Under the pieces are notes generated by a model. It had not been told where the DNA came from. It saw nothing but the letters and a program-made list of their open reading frames with translations, and did no database searches. 64,000 bases of DNA from Okamejei kenojei (taxonomy: Eukaryota), in contig CM069140.1 of NCBI GenBank assembly GCA_035221665.1, forward strand, positions 28,024,001-28,088,000, given 5' to 3'. Positions 12,081 to 25,200 of this stretch are shown here, piece by piece. The first letter of the stretch is position 1. Each line of letters starts with the position of its first letter. A program made the translations under genes and the position numbers.

Positions 12081-13625
12081 GGCAATGTGATGTTCAGATT
12101 CTTCACCAGTACTGTTGACTCAGTTTGGATAAAATTTGCCCTCCATTGTCTAGGCACTTAAAAAAGAAAGAATCTTGAGCCCTCTCAAATGATCACATCC
12201 CAGGCTATTTGATCGAGCTCACCTTGTTAATTAATTTAGTAAGGGAGGAAAGCTAGTTTGTGGATTACTAGATAACAAGCAGCTGCATAATCTCCATATG
12301 CACTGGTCTTAATTCCTTGATCTGGTCTGGTGGAATTAGAATAGTAGAAGGGAAACTCCATCCCTGTGCCGTTTCCCCGTGAGAATCTCTGTGCTGTTAC
12401 AGACTCTTAAATGGGGTTTAGTGTTGAGGAGGATGCTGCAGATGTCTCTAAACACTAGGCTTGACCTGTTCCTGTGATCCATCGCCCCACTCAAAGAACA
12501 GCAGGCATCTCACTCTTACTGGTGGAGATTTCTCCTTCAAACAACACAATTATCTTCATGCTGTCTTTCATATTGACCTCTATACAGACGGTGGCCACAG
12601 TTTGAAGCTAATCAATGTATCAGGAAGACAATGGTGATGTTTGTGTAATGTGAACAGGCACAGGAAATGCAAGTCAATTTTTCAAATTATCACATGAATT
12701 GCTTTGAGAAAGATTAACTTATTTTAATATACTATAAAATGAATCAACCGTATGAAGATTGTTGACCAGCCCTTTGGCTGTACTCCAGTTGCTCACCATC
12801 CTGTGCTGAGGGTCACCGTTTTTGGGCTGGCCCTATCTTTTCCTGACAGTGTGAAATAGTAAACAATATTTCATTCCAAGGCACCTGTACCCCAACCTGA
12901 AAACATGATGGCTTTAAGTAAGAGACAAACATCTCCAAATGCTATGATGGGGGGGGGGGGGTAGAAAAGGCAGGAGTGGGCAGAGTGGGAGTTTGCCTGA
13001 CAGAGAATGAGTTGGCATTAATCACTGAGGCAGGTGAACTCAGGAATGCTGCACTACTGTGGCCAAGCTCTCCACTAATGTCGGGTGCATTGAAGCATTC
13101 CTGTCTGAAATGATTCTGGGTATTATGTTGCATGTGAGCAAAATCCAGTCTCAGGAGATTGGAATGGCTTTTGCTCCCTCCACAATTGAGCACTTGTGAT
13201 TTGACAATTAGGAATGTAAAGTGTATTTTGGATTTTGATTGCTAATGATTCGGGTGGGGTGGATGGATCTGTTGATTGGGAACACTTTCCTTTGATTGTT
13301 GAAGGGTTTGGTTACACGACATGAATCTTGAGTTGTTCCATTTTATGCACAAGCAATCAAGGATGTGGATGTTGCTCTGGCAAACCCTTTGAATCTCGTA
13401 CCAGTTTCCAGTGGCCTTACTAACACACAATGGAACACCAACCTGTTTGAGGTCCTGGACTGCAATGAAACAGCCTGCTAAATGTTGGTGTGATATTGTA
13501 TTTTATGGTGCTCCCATTGATGTATGTACTATTTTAAATGAATAACATGTATGATTACAAATATAGCTGTCCTTTGTATTTGAAGATTGATTGTTGCTTC
13601 ATTTTTCTGTATGAGGTTAGTTTTT

Positions 13626-13664
13626 AGGTGTGGATGCTAAGAGAGACGTGTAGCATCCACACCT
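13626..13664. repeat. Perfect 14-bp inverted repeat with an 11-nt loop
   Basis: aggtgtggatgcta / tagcatccacacct. Confidence 0.9.
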
Positions 13665-14059
13665 CTCAAAGCTTGAGAGATGCTTTGCTGCTGATTGTTT
13701 TTCATCTGGTGATGTGTGGCAATAACTGCAAGGAGATTTCTGGCGGTGAGCAGTCCTCAAAGTGAAAGGTCAGCCTAGTCTCTGTTCATTTCCTACTATA
13801 CTCTGGCTGTGAATTGAGAATGTTTATGGTCTTCAGTTCCTGCAGGAGCTAACATAATTTCTTGGAATTGTAAATCAGACTGTCAAGATTTGACAGTACT
13901 TTGCCAACTCATTCTTGGCATGTGGCTTCCACTGGCAAAGCCAGTTAATGTTTGACCTGACTGAGTGGCTTCCTAGGAAACTTGAAATGTTAAGTGCCAG
14001 CCACCTTGCTTAGGCGTTGGGATCGAATAGAGGACAGACATCAAAGGTTTGCTGCCAGT

Positions 14060-14230
14060 AGGACACAAAGTGCTGGAGTAACTCAGCAGCATCTCTGGGT
14101 GGTTAAGCATCATGGATGGGTGTGATGTTTCGGGGTGGATCCCTTCAGACTGAGGACCCTCTGACCTGCTGAATTACTCTAGCACTTTCTGTCCTTTGTA
14201 AACCAACATCTGCAGTTCCTTGTTTCTACA
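14060..14230. mobile_element. Short Penelope-derived fold-back remnant
   Basis: gacacaaagtgctggagtaactcagc ... ctgctgaattactctagcactttctgtc; same family as the tail at 40610-40740. Confidence 0.65.
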
Positions 14231-14779
14231 TTGCTGCTGCCATTATTTGGAGTGAAGTGAGGACAAATATTAAATGCAGTGGCAAGTTTTAGTTATCTTT
14301 CCTATGGATAGACATCATTATTGGCAAGGCTACAAATATTCACAAGATTGTTTTTGATCACATATGTAGTTCATTAGTTGCCTTGCCAATATAGATGCTA
14401 AAACGTTATGAACTGTCGGTGGAGAATCATCTTAAGAGGTTGATGATATAGGGCTGAGATGAGGAAAATAGTTTGGTTTGTGAATCTTTAGAATGCTTTA
14501 CCCATGGCTCTGAATGTTCAGTATTCAGTGCAAAATCAATAAATATTGGAGCATTAATGAATCTGGAAAAAGGGCAGGAAAACTGAGTTGATGTAGACTG
14601 TCAGTCATGTGAGAAGCAGGCTCAAAGTCCCTTCCCTTCATATGAAGAGAAGTTGTATTCACCAAAAAAAGGTTAAGAACAGAATCTGTTGGAAATAAGA
14701 CAATGTCAGCTAATCAGACATGCTGCGAACAGAGAAAGAATGTGAAGTAAGTAATATATAGATAATATTTAATTCTTAA

Positions 14780-17700
14780 TTAATTGACTAAAACAAAGTT
14801 GGTAGTGTGATGTTATAACTGCAGTGTGTGAGGTTAATGGAGCATGAGCATGTGGGATCCTAAGCAACCATAGTGTCTTTTAATTAAAGTTAAATCTCAC
14901 TTTAATTCACCTTTTCCAAGTTGTTGTTGCACTGCTGACATTGTGGAGGAGAAGTAATACTGAGCCAGGTTGATCCAGGCGGTAGTTACGGGTTAGGGAA
15001 GTTCAAGCATTGGCCAGGGATGTTGAAACATCAGGCAGGTTTGGGGTGTGATAAGAGCAGTAATGGAAGAGATGCAATCCTTGACTTCACCTGACAAGTA
15101 CAAGATGTTTGCTACCTGTGTGGATGGCAAACACTGCAGGGAGAAGGGTAATCTCACCATAGCACAGTGGAACCAGATGTGTTCAAGTATGGTAGAAGAT
15201 CAAAAAAAGGTGGTGTTGGAGGGTATATACATGAGGATAAATGTTCTCTGCAGCCATGACTGGAAGCCACGCTGTCCAGTGCCAGAGTCGATATCTCGTG
15301 TTACAGGAGAACGTGGAGTGGAAGCGGGATGATCTAGCAAATACAATGTGGAAACAGGCCCTTTGGCCCAACTTGCCCACACCGGCCAAAATGTCCTAGC
15401 TACACTAGTCCCATCTACCCGCGTTTGGCCCATATCCTTCCAAACCTGTCCTATCCATGTTCCTGTTCAACTGTTTCTTAAACGTTGGGATAGTCATGAG
15501 AATTCAGAGCAAGGTCCTGCTGAGCCTGAATAATTGGAGTTGAAATTTGAAGCAGAACCTGATGAGTAATGATTATTAACTTCTATTCAAATCACATATA
15601 CATCTGCATTGACTGGCAGAGGACAGAGAATTTACACCTTGCCAAGGAGTGGTGCGGGAAGTAGGTTTAGATTCATGGAGAGGACTACAGGACTTGTATT
15701 TGGGGGAAAGGGAACTATTTTGTTGGGATGAGCTCCACTTAGACCAACTTAGTGTGGTGAATTAGATAATTTGAATTATAGCTGTGGTAGGCTGGAGATG
15801 GTTTTGGTCTCTACATTGAAAAACAAAGCCAGAGAGAACAGTTGCAATTCAGGAGAAGAAAAGCTATAGAGTGACAGGAAGGTGCTGCAACGTGCCAATA
15901 GTGTATCCATAAGTGTGGCCAAATCATGCGTGATGCAACAAGTTTGATAATAAAGGCAGATTCAAGGGCAGATTGAAACATCTTGGCCTGGACGAAGAGA
16001 TGGTAGGTTCCAAATGAATGAAGATGCAATTACAGAAGGTCCACATGGGATTGTTTATTTTACCCTAACCGCAGCTACACTGTTCGAGAAAGGGGTAACA
16101 AAGAAATCAAAGGGGAGCAAATTCAGTAATTGTGAGATTAATTTTTCAGATGGATAACACAGAGGGCATCCGCAGTAATGAATGAGTTCCAGTAGTTGAT
16201 TTTGTCCATAAATGGAAACATACACAAAGGTCACTTGCTGTGATAACTATACATCCACAGCATTACAATGAATGACATGGAGAGAGGATACTAATTCTGC
16301 CATTTGTAGGAATGAATGTATGTACGTCGGACTTCTGAATTTAATAATATAATGGCAGCTCGTTCATATGTAGGAGTGTCTATAGATCAGGTGCTAGTAA
16401 CCCAGATTAGGACTGAAAATCATAATTGACAAAAGTATTTGGAGGTGTGAATTCATATAACTGCAGTTCATTCAGACTGATTTCTGAAGCAGTATGTTAA
16501 AGAATCTGCCGGGGCACAGGATATTTTAAACCTTGTCTTAGGGATCTCTTAGGGATTTCTTAGGGATCCTTGAGAGAAAAGTGATCACAATATGGCAGCA
16601 TCTTGTATTTAATACCAAATTTGACTTAAATCCATTAGAAATATGTGAAAGGAAAACCTGGGAATTAGATTAATGGTTTGCCAGTAAAGAAACAAAGAGA
16701 TTAACTGCAATGTCATGTTAAAAGGAAATCCTGATTATGTTGACAAGAAAAGTAAACATAAGAATTGAAAGTGCTTTCATGATCTGGCAATGGCTGAGCA
16801 AAATTCAGGAGAGAGGAGATTTTTTTAAAAGTAAGATTTTTATGATGCTAAAATAATAAAAAAAGTTGTATTGTTGGAGGCAAAGGGAGGTGATGATATA
16901 ATGCAAATTAAAAGAAATTGGAGAATAAAACAAGTATCTTCAATGCATAAGACACGAACCATAAAAATAGTGAGGAGCTAAGGGTTGAATTATAGTGAAG
17001 AATTTAAAGTATTAAATGTTGCCAAAATACTCCCTTGAAAAAAATTTATTGAAGATGGACAGATTTTACAGACCTGGTGACGCATCCTCGGCTTCTAACA
17101 AAAAGGTAATGAATGTAGGCGTGATGATTATCATCTCTCAGTCACCTGTGCTCCATGTAATAAACTCCTGACCTGCCCACACTCTCCTTATAGCTCAGGC
17201 CCTTGCATCCTGGCAACATCCTCCAAAATGTTCTCGGCACTCTTTTCAACTTAATGGCATCTTTCCTAGAGCAACGTGACCAAACTGAACACAATATTCC
17301 AAGTCTGCCTCAACCACCACCCTGGCAATGCATTCCAGCATTCACTACCCTCTGTGTGTTAAAAAAAAACTTGTCCCACACATCACCTTTAAACTTTGCC
17401 TCTCTTACCTTAGAGGCAGAGATGACCAGTACAAGAATATTTTTCCACTCTGGGGAAAAGGTTCTGGTTGACTATCCTATTCACCACTCCTTCCACTTTG
17501 TGATCTGCTACTCTGGTTCCCACCCGTCTGCCTCTTTAGTTTAAACCTTGCTGGGTGGCACTAGCGAACCTCCCTGCAAGAATATTGGTCCCCCTTTAGT
17601 TCAGTTGTAATCTGTCTCTCTTGTACTGGTCATCTCTGCCTCGGAAGTGATCCAAATTGTTTAAAATCTGTATCCTTGCCCCTGCACCAACTCCTGAGCC

Positions 17701-18600
17701 ATGCATTCATCTGTCCTATCTTCCTATTCCTATCCTCACTTGCACATGGCACTGGAAACAATCCATAAATTACAACCCCTGGAGTCCTGCTTTTTAATCT
17801 TCTGCCTAACCCCCCCCCCCCCTTATATTCATTTTGCAGGACCTGATCCGTGTTGTCGAGGGGCACGGCACTGCCTACTCCCTTTCCTGGTGGTTATTCA
17901 TCTACTTTCTGCCCCTACCCCTAGCGTGATCACCTCACTGTAACTTCTATCTATCCCCGGATGATCCTGAGGTCATTCAGCTGCTGCTCCAGGTCCTTTC
18001 ATGTCTTTCTCATGTCAATGGTTTTATATACTTCTAACAGGTTTTCTCTTGGTCTGCGAAACTCTAGAGAAAGCCATCCAAGTTTGTCTAACCTTGCCTT
18101 ATAGTTAATACCCACTAATCCAGGCAGCATCCTGCTAAACCTTTCTGCACCCTCTCCAAAGCTTCCACTTCCTGTAATACAACACAGAACATACAACAAA
18201 GAACATGATGCCAAGTTAAACTAATCTCCTCTAACTTGTGCGTGATCCATATCTCTCCATTCCCTGGATATCCATTATGAATGATATAAGTAGGGAAGAC
18301 AGTCTATCTGTATCCTTGGTGGAAATGTCAAGGACCAGGGGGCAAAGCTTTAAGGTGGGAGGGGCAACGTTTAATGATAATGTGCAGGGCAGTTTTTTTT
18401 TAAGAAGAGTAGTGGGTGCCTAGAATGCACTGCCAGGGATTTTGGTGGTATGATCGTGGCATTTAAGAGGGCTTTGGATAGGGATATGGATATGATGGGA
18501 ACGGACGGATTTACATCACAAGCAGACAGAGACATTGATTTAAGTTGGCATCATGTTCGACAGACATTATAGGCTGAAGGGCCTGTTCCTGTACTGTACT
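14780..18600. mobile_element. Cluster of decayed CR1 LINE fragments, both orientations
   Basis: ORF1-like IGQMNAWLRSWCR (17630-17866 -), RFSRMLPGL...RLDKLG...YK (17999-18214 -), CR1 3' tails at ~15340-15490 and 18290-18600. Confidence 0.65.
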
Positions 18601-19639
18601 CTAGGAGTGGTTATATATGTCCTAGTTAGGATGGCATTTGATTTGAAGAAGAATCTTTTGATAGTCGCGTTCCCATATTCTGTGGATAAAAGATATGATC
18701 GGTTTGGGAAGTACCATTGGTTAATGGCTGTGATGGTCATTCCATTGTTTAATGACTGACAGTCTTGGACTGATGCATCTATAACTTCCAGATTGGCAAC
18801 GATGAGATCGAGTAGTTTTGCCATTTGTGGTAGTTTGCCAACTGCCACAGTCCCAACCTGGCTGGCATACCCTTCAAGACATGGTTAGCTTGGTGGTGGT
18901 ATCAAGCCACATTTTGCGTAGGAGTTGAAGTCTCCCAGCCAGTGTACATGCTGTGCCCTTGCTGCTTGCAGTGCTTAGTCCAAGTGTTGTTCACCATGGC
19001 AGAGCTTTGATTCACCAGTAGAGGGAGCATTACTGCCCTTCTCTGGCTAACTATTTATGATGCAAAGGCATTACTTATTTCCCAATGAGCGAGTTCAGCA
19101 TTTCGAAAAACTCAAGAAATGTGATTTGTCAAAGTTCATTCGAGAGAAAAAAAGCGAACGGGGGTACCAGGTAGTGGGAGAGCGGGGTGTAACAGCAAGA
19201 GAGAGGGGGCAGATGCAAGTGGGAGACAGGGAGAGAGAGACTGGACCGGCAGAGAGACGTTGAGTGGTGGTGGAGAGAGAAGGGGGGTGAAAGACGTGCG
19301 TGTTTGTGTTTTGCTCACAGATGTATTTAGTTTAACATTGGTTGGTTGCAGAGGTGGGCAATGTCTCCCAGTCCCTCCCTCTAGTCCAGGGCAGGGTGAT
19401 GGGGGGGGGGGAAAGGATTGTCCTAGCGCCGGGGAGTTCTTGCGGAGACGGGGTGTCCAGGACCTGCAGTGAAGCCGCGATAGTGAGTTCCCCTCTCCCC
19501 AACCTCTCCCCGCCGCCTCGCCTTTACCCGTGGCGCTCTGTAGGAAGGAACTCTTCAACTGCCCAACATAGAATGGCCAACCAGTAGCAAGTCTGGTTAG
19601 TGATTAGGTTATGATGGAAAGTTTATCGTGTCACTGGTC

Positions 19640-20460
19640 CCTGCAGTTCAATTTATGCAAGCATTCTGTCCTATCTTCCTAACTGATCACGATCCTGCTG
19701 GAATTCTTGATAATCATCTTCACTTTCAACAATTCCACCTATTTTACTGTCATCTGTAAGCTTACTAGTCATGCCCTGTATGTTTCCAGCCTAATCGTTG
19801 ATATAGATGTCAAACAGAAATTGACCCAGCAACGATCCCCGAGGCAAACCATTAGTCACGGGCCTCCACGCTTAAAAATAAACTTCCACTACCACCCTCT
19901 GCTTCCTACTAGGAAGGTAATTCTGTATCCAGTTATCTAGCTCTCCCTGGATCCCATGCAATCTAACCTTCCACAGCAGCATACCATTTGGAACCTTAAC
20001 AAAGTCCATATAGATTAAACGTAGTGTAACGAAATCCTCGTTCACCACCTGCGAGACATATCGCTGACGCGTTGGCGTCGCACGCTGGTATCCCGACATC
20101 TCACGTGTATCGCCTGTGACGCATGGTTACGCCACCGTGCGTCGATGTCTAACCATGTGTCGCCGCAGGGTATTCTAATGACGTCACACGCATCAGACGG
20201 CTGTGCTGACGCGTGATTTGCGCACGACGTCGCGCATCACGATGCGTCGATCTATTTTACATATGATGCGTAAATGAGGCGCAAATGACGGCCAAGTGGG
20301 ACAGGCCCTTAAGTTTACGACCCTAGCCTCATCTATCTTCTTGGTTACCTCTTCAAAAAATGTAATCATATTCGTGAGACAAGATATCCCATGAACAAAA
20401 CCATGCTGACTATTCCTAATCAACCCATGTCTTTCCAATGCATGTGTCTTATCCCTCAGT
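19640..20460 (-). mobile_element. CR1 RT fragment interrupted by a MITE
   Basis: SQHGFVHGISCLTNMITFFEEVTKKID and KVRLHGIQGELDNWIQNYL lie on either side of the insertion. Confidence 0.85.
20020..20309. mobile_element. PIF/Harbinger-type MITE, one end missing
   Basis: CpG-rich; ends aagtgggacaggccct|taa, the same TIR family as 48524-48978. Confidence 0.7.
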
Positions 20461-20634
20461 ACCATTTGAGGCAAGGGGAATGGTGGGAGGGACCCAGTAG
20501 TGTTGACATCAAGGGCCCCAGCCTGAGATTCCTGTGGTTATTCCTGTGCATCTTTTCTGAACCGTTTCCCCTGACAATATACCCTTATATAAATAAGGTA
20601 CACAAAACTGGTCACAAAGAATGGCTAACCGATA

Positions 20635-20960
20635 GCAAGACAGACACATAGTGCTGGAGTATCACAGCAGATGAGGTAGCATCTTTGGAGAAAAATGATG
20701 GGTGATGTTTTGGGTCGGGGCCCTCCTTCAGACTGAAAGTAGAGGGGAGGGAACTGGAGGTAGGAAAAGGCCAGAACAAAGCAGGGCCAGCAGCAAATGA
20801 CCAAGGAAGGGTGGAGCCCATAATGGGCCTTAGGTGGCTGGGGAAGATGTGATAACGAAAGTATACAAAGATGCGAACAGGACAACTAGGGTGGGGAATG
20901 GGATGGGGGTAGGGGGGTGGATGGATGGATGGATGGAGAGATGGAATGCAGAATCTGGTT
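20635..20960 (-). mobile_element. Penelope-like element 3'/pLTR fragment
   Basis: Reverse-complement similarity to 40440-40740; decayed CTGAAG..GACCC..AAAC core. Confidence 0.7.
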
Positions 20961-21076
20961 AGTGTTTGGTTCGCAGTCCTGCTCGTTGACAAACAAACAG
21001 TGACTCTCCATCAACCCAGCTGCAAAGCTCTGGGTTTCCGTGCCAATTATTCCAATTCCCAGTTCAGGGGTAAAGT

Positions 21077-21082
21077 TTTATT
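21077..21082 (-). terminator. Candidate polyadenylation signal for the distal XPR1 isoform
   Basis: tttatt on + (AATAAA on -) at the edge of the repeat-poor block, with GT-rich tgtttgtttgt further downstream on -. Confidence 0.4.
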
Positions 21083-22233
21083 TCAGTACTAACGGCTAAC
21101 AATTCGCAATGGTAAAAATCCCGTTCGGCAGAATGAGGTACAGAGATGTTACAATAAAAAAATTCACAAAGATTAACACCGAGATTAAAACCAAAGCCTT
21201 TCTCGTTGTCATAAACACGAGACGAAGAGGGAACATTTGGACCAGAGACACGGTCCTCCTAGTTTAACATTAACATGAATGAGCAACTAATTAAATAAAT
21301 ACCAATGACATCAGGACAAACAGCACCAGGAACAGTACGAGTAATGTCAGAATGCTGTGTTTTAAAAACCATATCATGATCATCTTCATCTCGTAACAAC
21401 TTTTACACCCCCATTTAATTTGTGCAAGTGTACGTTCTTTTCTGGCCACCCCCTGCTCTGAAACTTGATTAACACAATGAAGGTGAAATAGATCTTCCAA
21501 TATTTGACATAAAAAGTGAAACAAATGTCACATCTTAGGAAAGGGCTCATATTATTTACAAATAAAAATCAAACAATCACTCCAAACTTCTAGCACCGCG
21601 TAAGGAGGACATATGGAAACCGACAAAGAGAAAGATCTTCAGTTCCAAGAAACGGGAGGGAGAGGATTATAAAACCTACAAAGTATTATTGTGTCAAACT
21701 AACACGAGCAAAGTGGTCTTAACATCAATCTGTGTACAATACAGTCAATACTGATCTCTGTTCATTGATACTTTGTACAAACACTGATTACAGCTGTACG
21801 ATAGAACCCCCACAAGTACGCTTACATTGTGACCTTGCAATTTCTCTGCTGGACGGTATTAATTTGGCAAAAACAGAAAACTTCATCTTTTCAAATAAGC
21901 GAAAGGAGAAAATTATGAGTGGAAAACATGGTATTTGAAAGAGCACAGTGCACTGATAACAAAGGTAACACATGCCGTATACAACTCCAAGTCAGGCAGA
22001 TAAACTATTGTCAAATGGTCCGGATCAAAGATCGCCACATCTACAGAGGTACTGAAGCGCATTCACACAGCATCCCTAGTACCTTGTTAAGCTGTTGGAT
22101 AAATCCAAGAAGCTAGTGAACCGGATAAAGACAGCTGATGTGACAATATACGGGAGGCCTCACCGGCAGAGAACAGTAGTCTCAGAACCTTTGGTGCTAG
22201 GCCAAAAAACACATGGCTCATCTGCCCTTTCAG

Positions 22234-22270
22234 TCAGTGGAAGGAACAGATGGACAGAGACGAGAAATAT
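22234..22270 (-). CDS. Candidate alternative XPR1 terminal exon (YFSSLSICSFH*)
   Basis: Branch-like attaac plus ctctcccctcctttcag acceptor; in frame with a phase-2 donor. Followed by ~1.15 kb of UTR-like, repeat-free sequence ending in AATAAA (21077-21082). Confidence 0.5.
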
Positions 22271-25200
22271 CTGAAAGGAGGGGAGAGGTTTTGTTAATAT
22301 TACGTTTCTGGTTGGTCAGTAGCAATGGGCTAGCAACAATGTTCATTTAGATTTTTCACATTAATCTTGAGTGTTTTATGAAATCAAATTACGGTTAGCT
22401 AGCCAGCAGAAGGGTTATTTTGGATCTATTTGGCCATTGGAAGCTTATAGATTGGGGGACTTGAACACTGTATTGTTAATACTTTGTTTAATGGCAGCTT
22501 TAAGGGACAAATGGATAATAAGATCATCTTCTTAGAGCAGAATTCTTCGGATATAGGCTTTCCCTGCTGCCCCTACCAATGTGTGAGATAATATGGGGAT
22601 TACTTCTGATGGTGTCTTAACTCATGGGCCTTCCAGCAGAGACCTTGGATAAGCAAAACCCCAAGACTGATCATGTTTACTGAGCCCATACCAATAATTC
22701 AATGGAGGACCTCTGGTGCCCATCATTTAAGCAGTAGGGATTTGAAATTCGAGGGTAGGTTTGCGACAATGTCCTCATTTAATTATTTTAACTATTTACA
22801 ATTTAAGTCAATTCTATTTGAGGGTCATGGCGTGAGGAGTGGAAGGATGTATTGATGGGTTGGGGGAGGCGAGATGCTCGGTGTATAAAACACCAATCTG
22901 CAGCTGTTGGGCTCAATAGCTCTGTGCTTCAAACTCCATGTAATTTGAGTATTCTTTATCAATATTCTCAACTCCCAAGGCATTTTCATCGAGTTCTGGA
23001 GCCTCATGCTGCACGATTCTCATCTTCCCTTCAGTGGACTGAAAGGGTGAATTAGCGATGTCAAAGCAAGTAATTTGCAGCAGCAGTTGATTCCCAAGCC
23101 AGTTGTAGAGTAGATCTTAATTAACATTTGGGGATACAGGTGATTATTCGTCATGGAGAGTATGGGCAGTAAATTCAAGGCACAAAACCCTCTTCCCCCT
23201 CTGCCCACAGCAAGAATGTCTGGGCGGTAAGGAGAATAGCCTTGCATGGGTTTGCTTCCTTGGTCATTGGAGCTCAGATATTTGTTGATGCTAATGTCAA
23301 TGCATAAACCAGTAGTGATGAGGAATTAGTTCAAGAGTTTGCTGGGGTTCACCATTCTTATAAAACTGGTAGCACACACAACTAGTAACAAAAGCAACAT
23401 ATCAGTGCCAAAGCAATGCCAAAGTTGGATACATTTTAAACCAGGTAAATGTACATTTGTTAAGTAATTTATTAAAATCACATCAACTTGCTGTTTTCAC
23501 AAAGAAACACAGAATGGAGTAAAGAAAAAGAAAATGGAGTTGTATATTTCAAATGTTCCCCATTAAAAAAAAAGTTGTTTATTAAACTAAACAATGACAA
23601 GGTTGTGGCGTGTACAAAAATACAACTCAAGATCACCAGATACCATCAGAATATAGAGCAGAAAAACCAGTCACCGTTTTACAAACAATTCCATTAAAGG
23701 GAGATGGAGAAAAGGCATCCTTCTCCAAGATCAACACTGAAACCACAGTAATCTATTTAGTATCTACCTTCCACATACATCAATTGTCACAATGTGCACT
23801 GTCCACAGGGCACGCCACAGACTACAAGGACCGCATTGCAAGCTTTGCTTTTACATTATGGAATTGCAAGCAACTAGTCAGCAACAATGAGGGGAGCAAG
23901 AAAAAAGAACATCAACTTAGGACTATTCACATTCCACATTCACTTCATTTAATTAACAGGACTTGTAAGCATTATACTACCAATGTACTGCAGGCAGGTA
24001 AAAGCTACTGTACATTTCAAACGTGAAATAGTGTCTTTTCAAAATGGACAAAATTTCCAAGGATACAAATATACGTACATATAGATATATTAAAAAACAC
24101 TATAAAGGACTGCTGTGTTGGTGTTCTTATATCTGTTCTTTTTGTGAGCTTTGAAGACTGGTCTGTTGTTGCCAAACTGTTCCAGAATATGGTGATCCTG
24201 GGGCCAAATCACAGGAATGCGAGAAACACTCGACCCACAGGGAAGAGTGATGTTTATAATATGTTGCCTCATATGGACATAACTGTCTGCCCAGAGAAAT
24301 AAAAACCAAAACTGATCTTTATCTGAAAAAACATTTTAAAAAATCATGAACAGAATTAATATGTACCATCCCCTGCCCAGTATACCAGTTTAGTGAGCTG
24401 TTATCTTGATTGTATTAGAGTTTTTAATGTCTCGGTTGAAATATTCTACCTGATAAATTGGAAAACAGTTCAACTTGACATTTGAAGGGTGATGATCATT
24501 AAATATTATTACTGATTAAAAAAAAATAAAACTTTAGTGGTTGAGGCATAAACCAAAAAGGATCACCACATGTAAAATGCTTGGGTCCTCCCTCCAGTTA
24601 AGATGTTCACCAGAATGAATGACATTTAATTGCCTGAGTATTATTTGTGTTAGGAGATGGAAGCTTCTGCGAGTGGCAATGAAATCCCTGTGTGAACATT
24701 TGACACGATGTGTCACAGCATGTGCCAGGTAGTAGCCCTGAAGAGAAGAACCCTATTCATGTAGAATTCCATACATTTTGGTAAAACGCAAACAAATATC
24801 CGACAGTGGGCCCACAGTTGGAGAGAACAGATTGATTAGTCACAGTGTGAAAGGAACAGCAGTGATCAACTGTGACCAGCCCAGAGTGATCTGAGCGATA
24901 CAAGAGCATAGAAACTTAATCGTTTGAGGTCTAGAATTGCTCCAGAATCGCATACAATTCAGAATTGGTAGCAAATAAAAGATGTTTCTGAAGGGTCTTT
25001 TACAGTTTTGGGTTATCCCAAAAGGTTTTCCATCCAATGAAGTAATTTTGGAATGTCGTCACACTTGTCATGTACAAGAGGGACTGATTCAGCTGAGCAT
25101 TGATAGATCAATACTTGGACCATTAAACACTGTATCACAAAAGCAAAAAGGACCTTTAAAATAAAATAATCCAATTGAGTGAAACTTGTTAATTCAGACG

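Noticed and set aside
19130-19560. GC/purine-rich patch with ORFs as a promoter or exon
   Set aside because: Low complexity, flanked by LINE debris, no supporting motifs.
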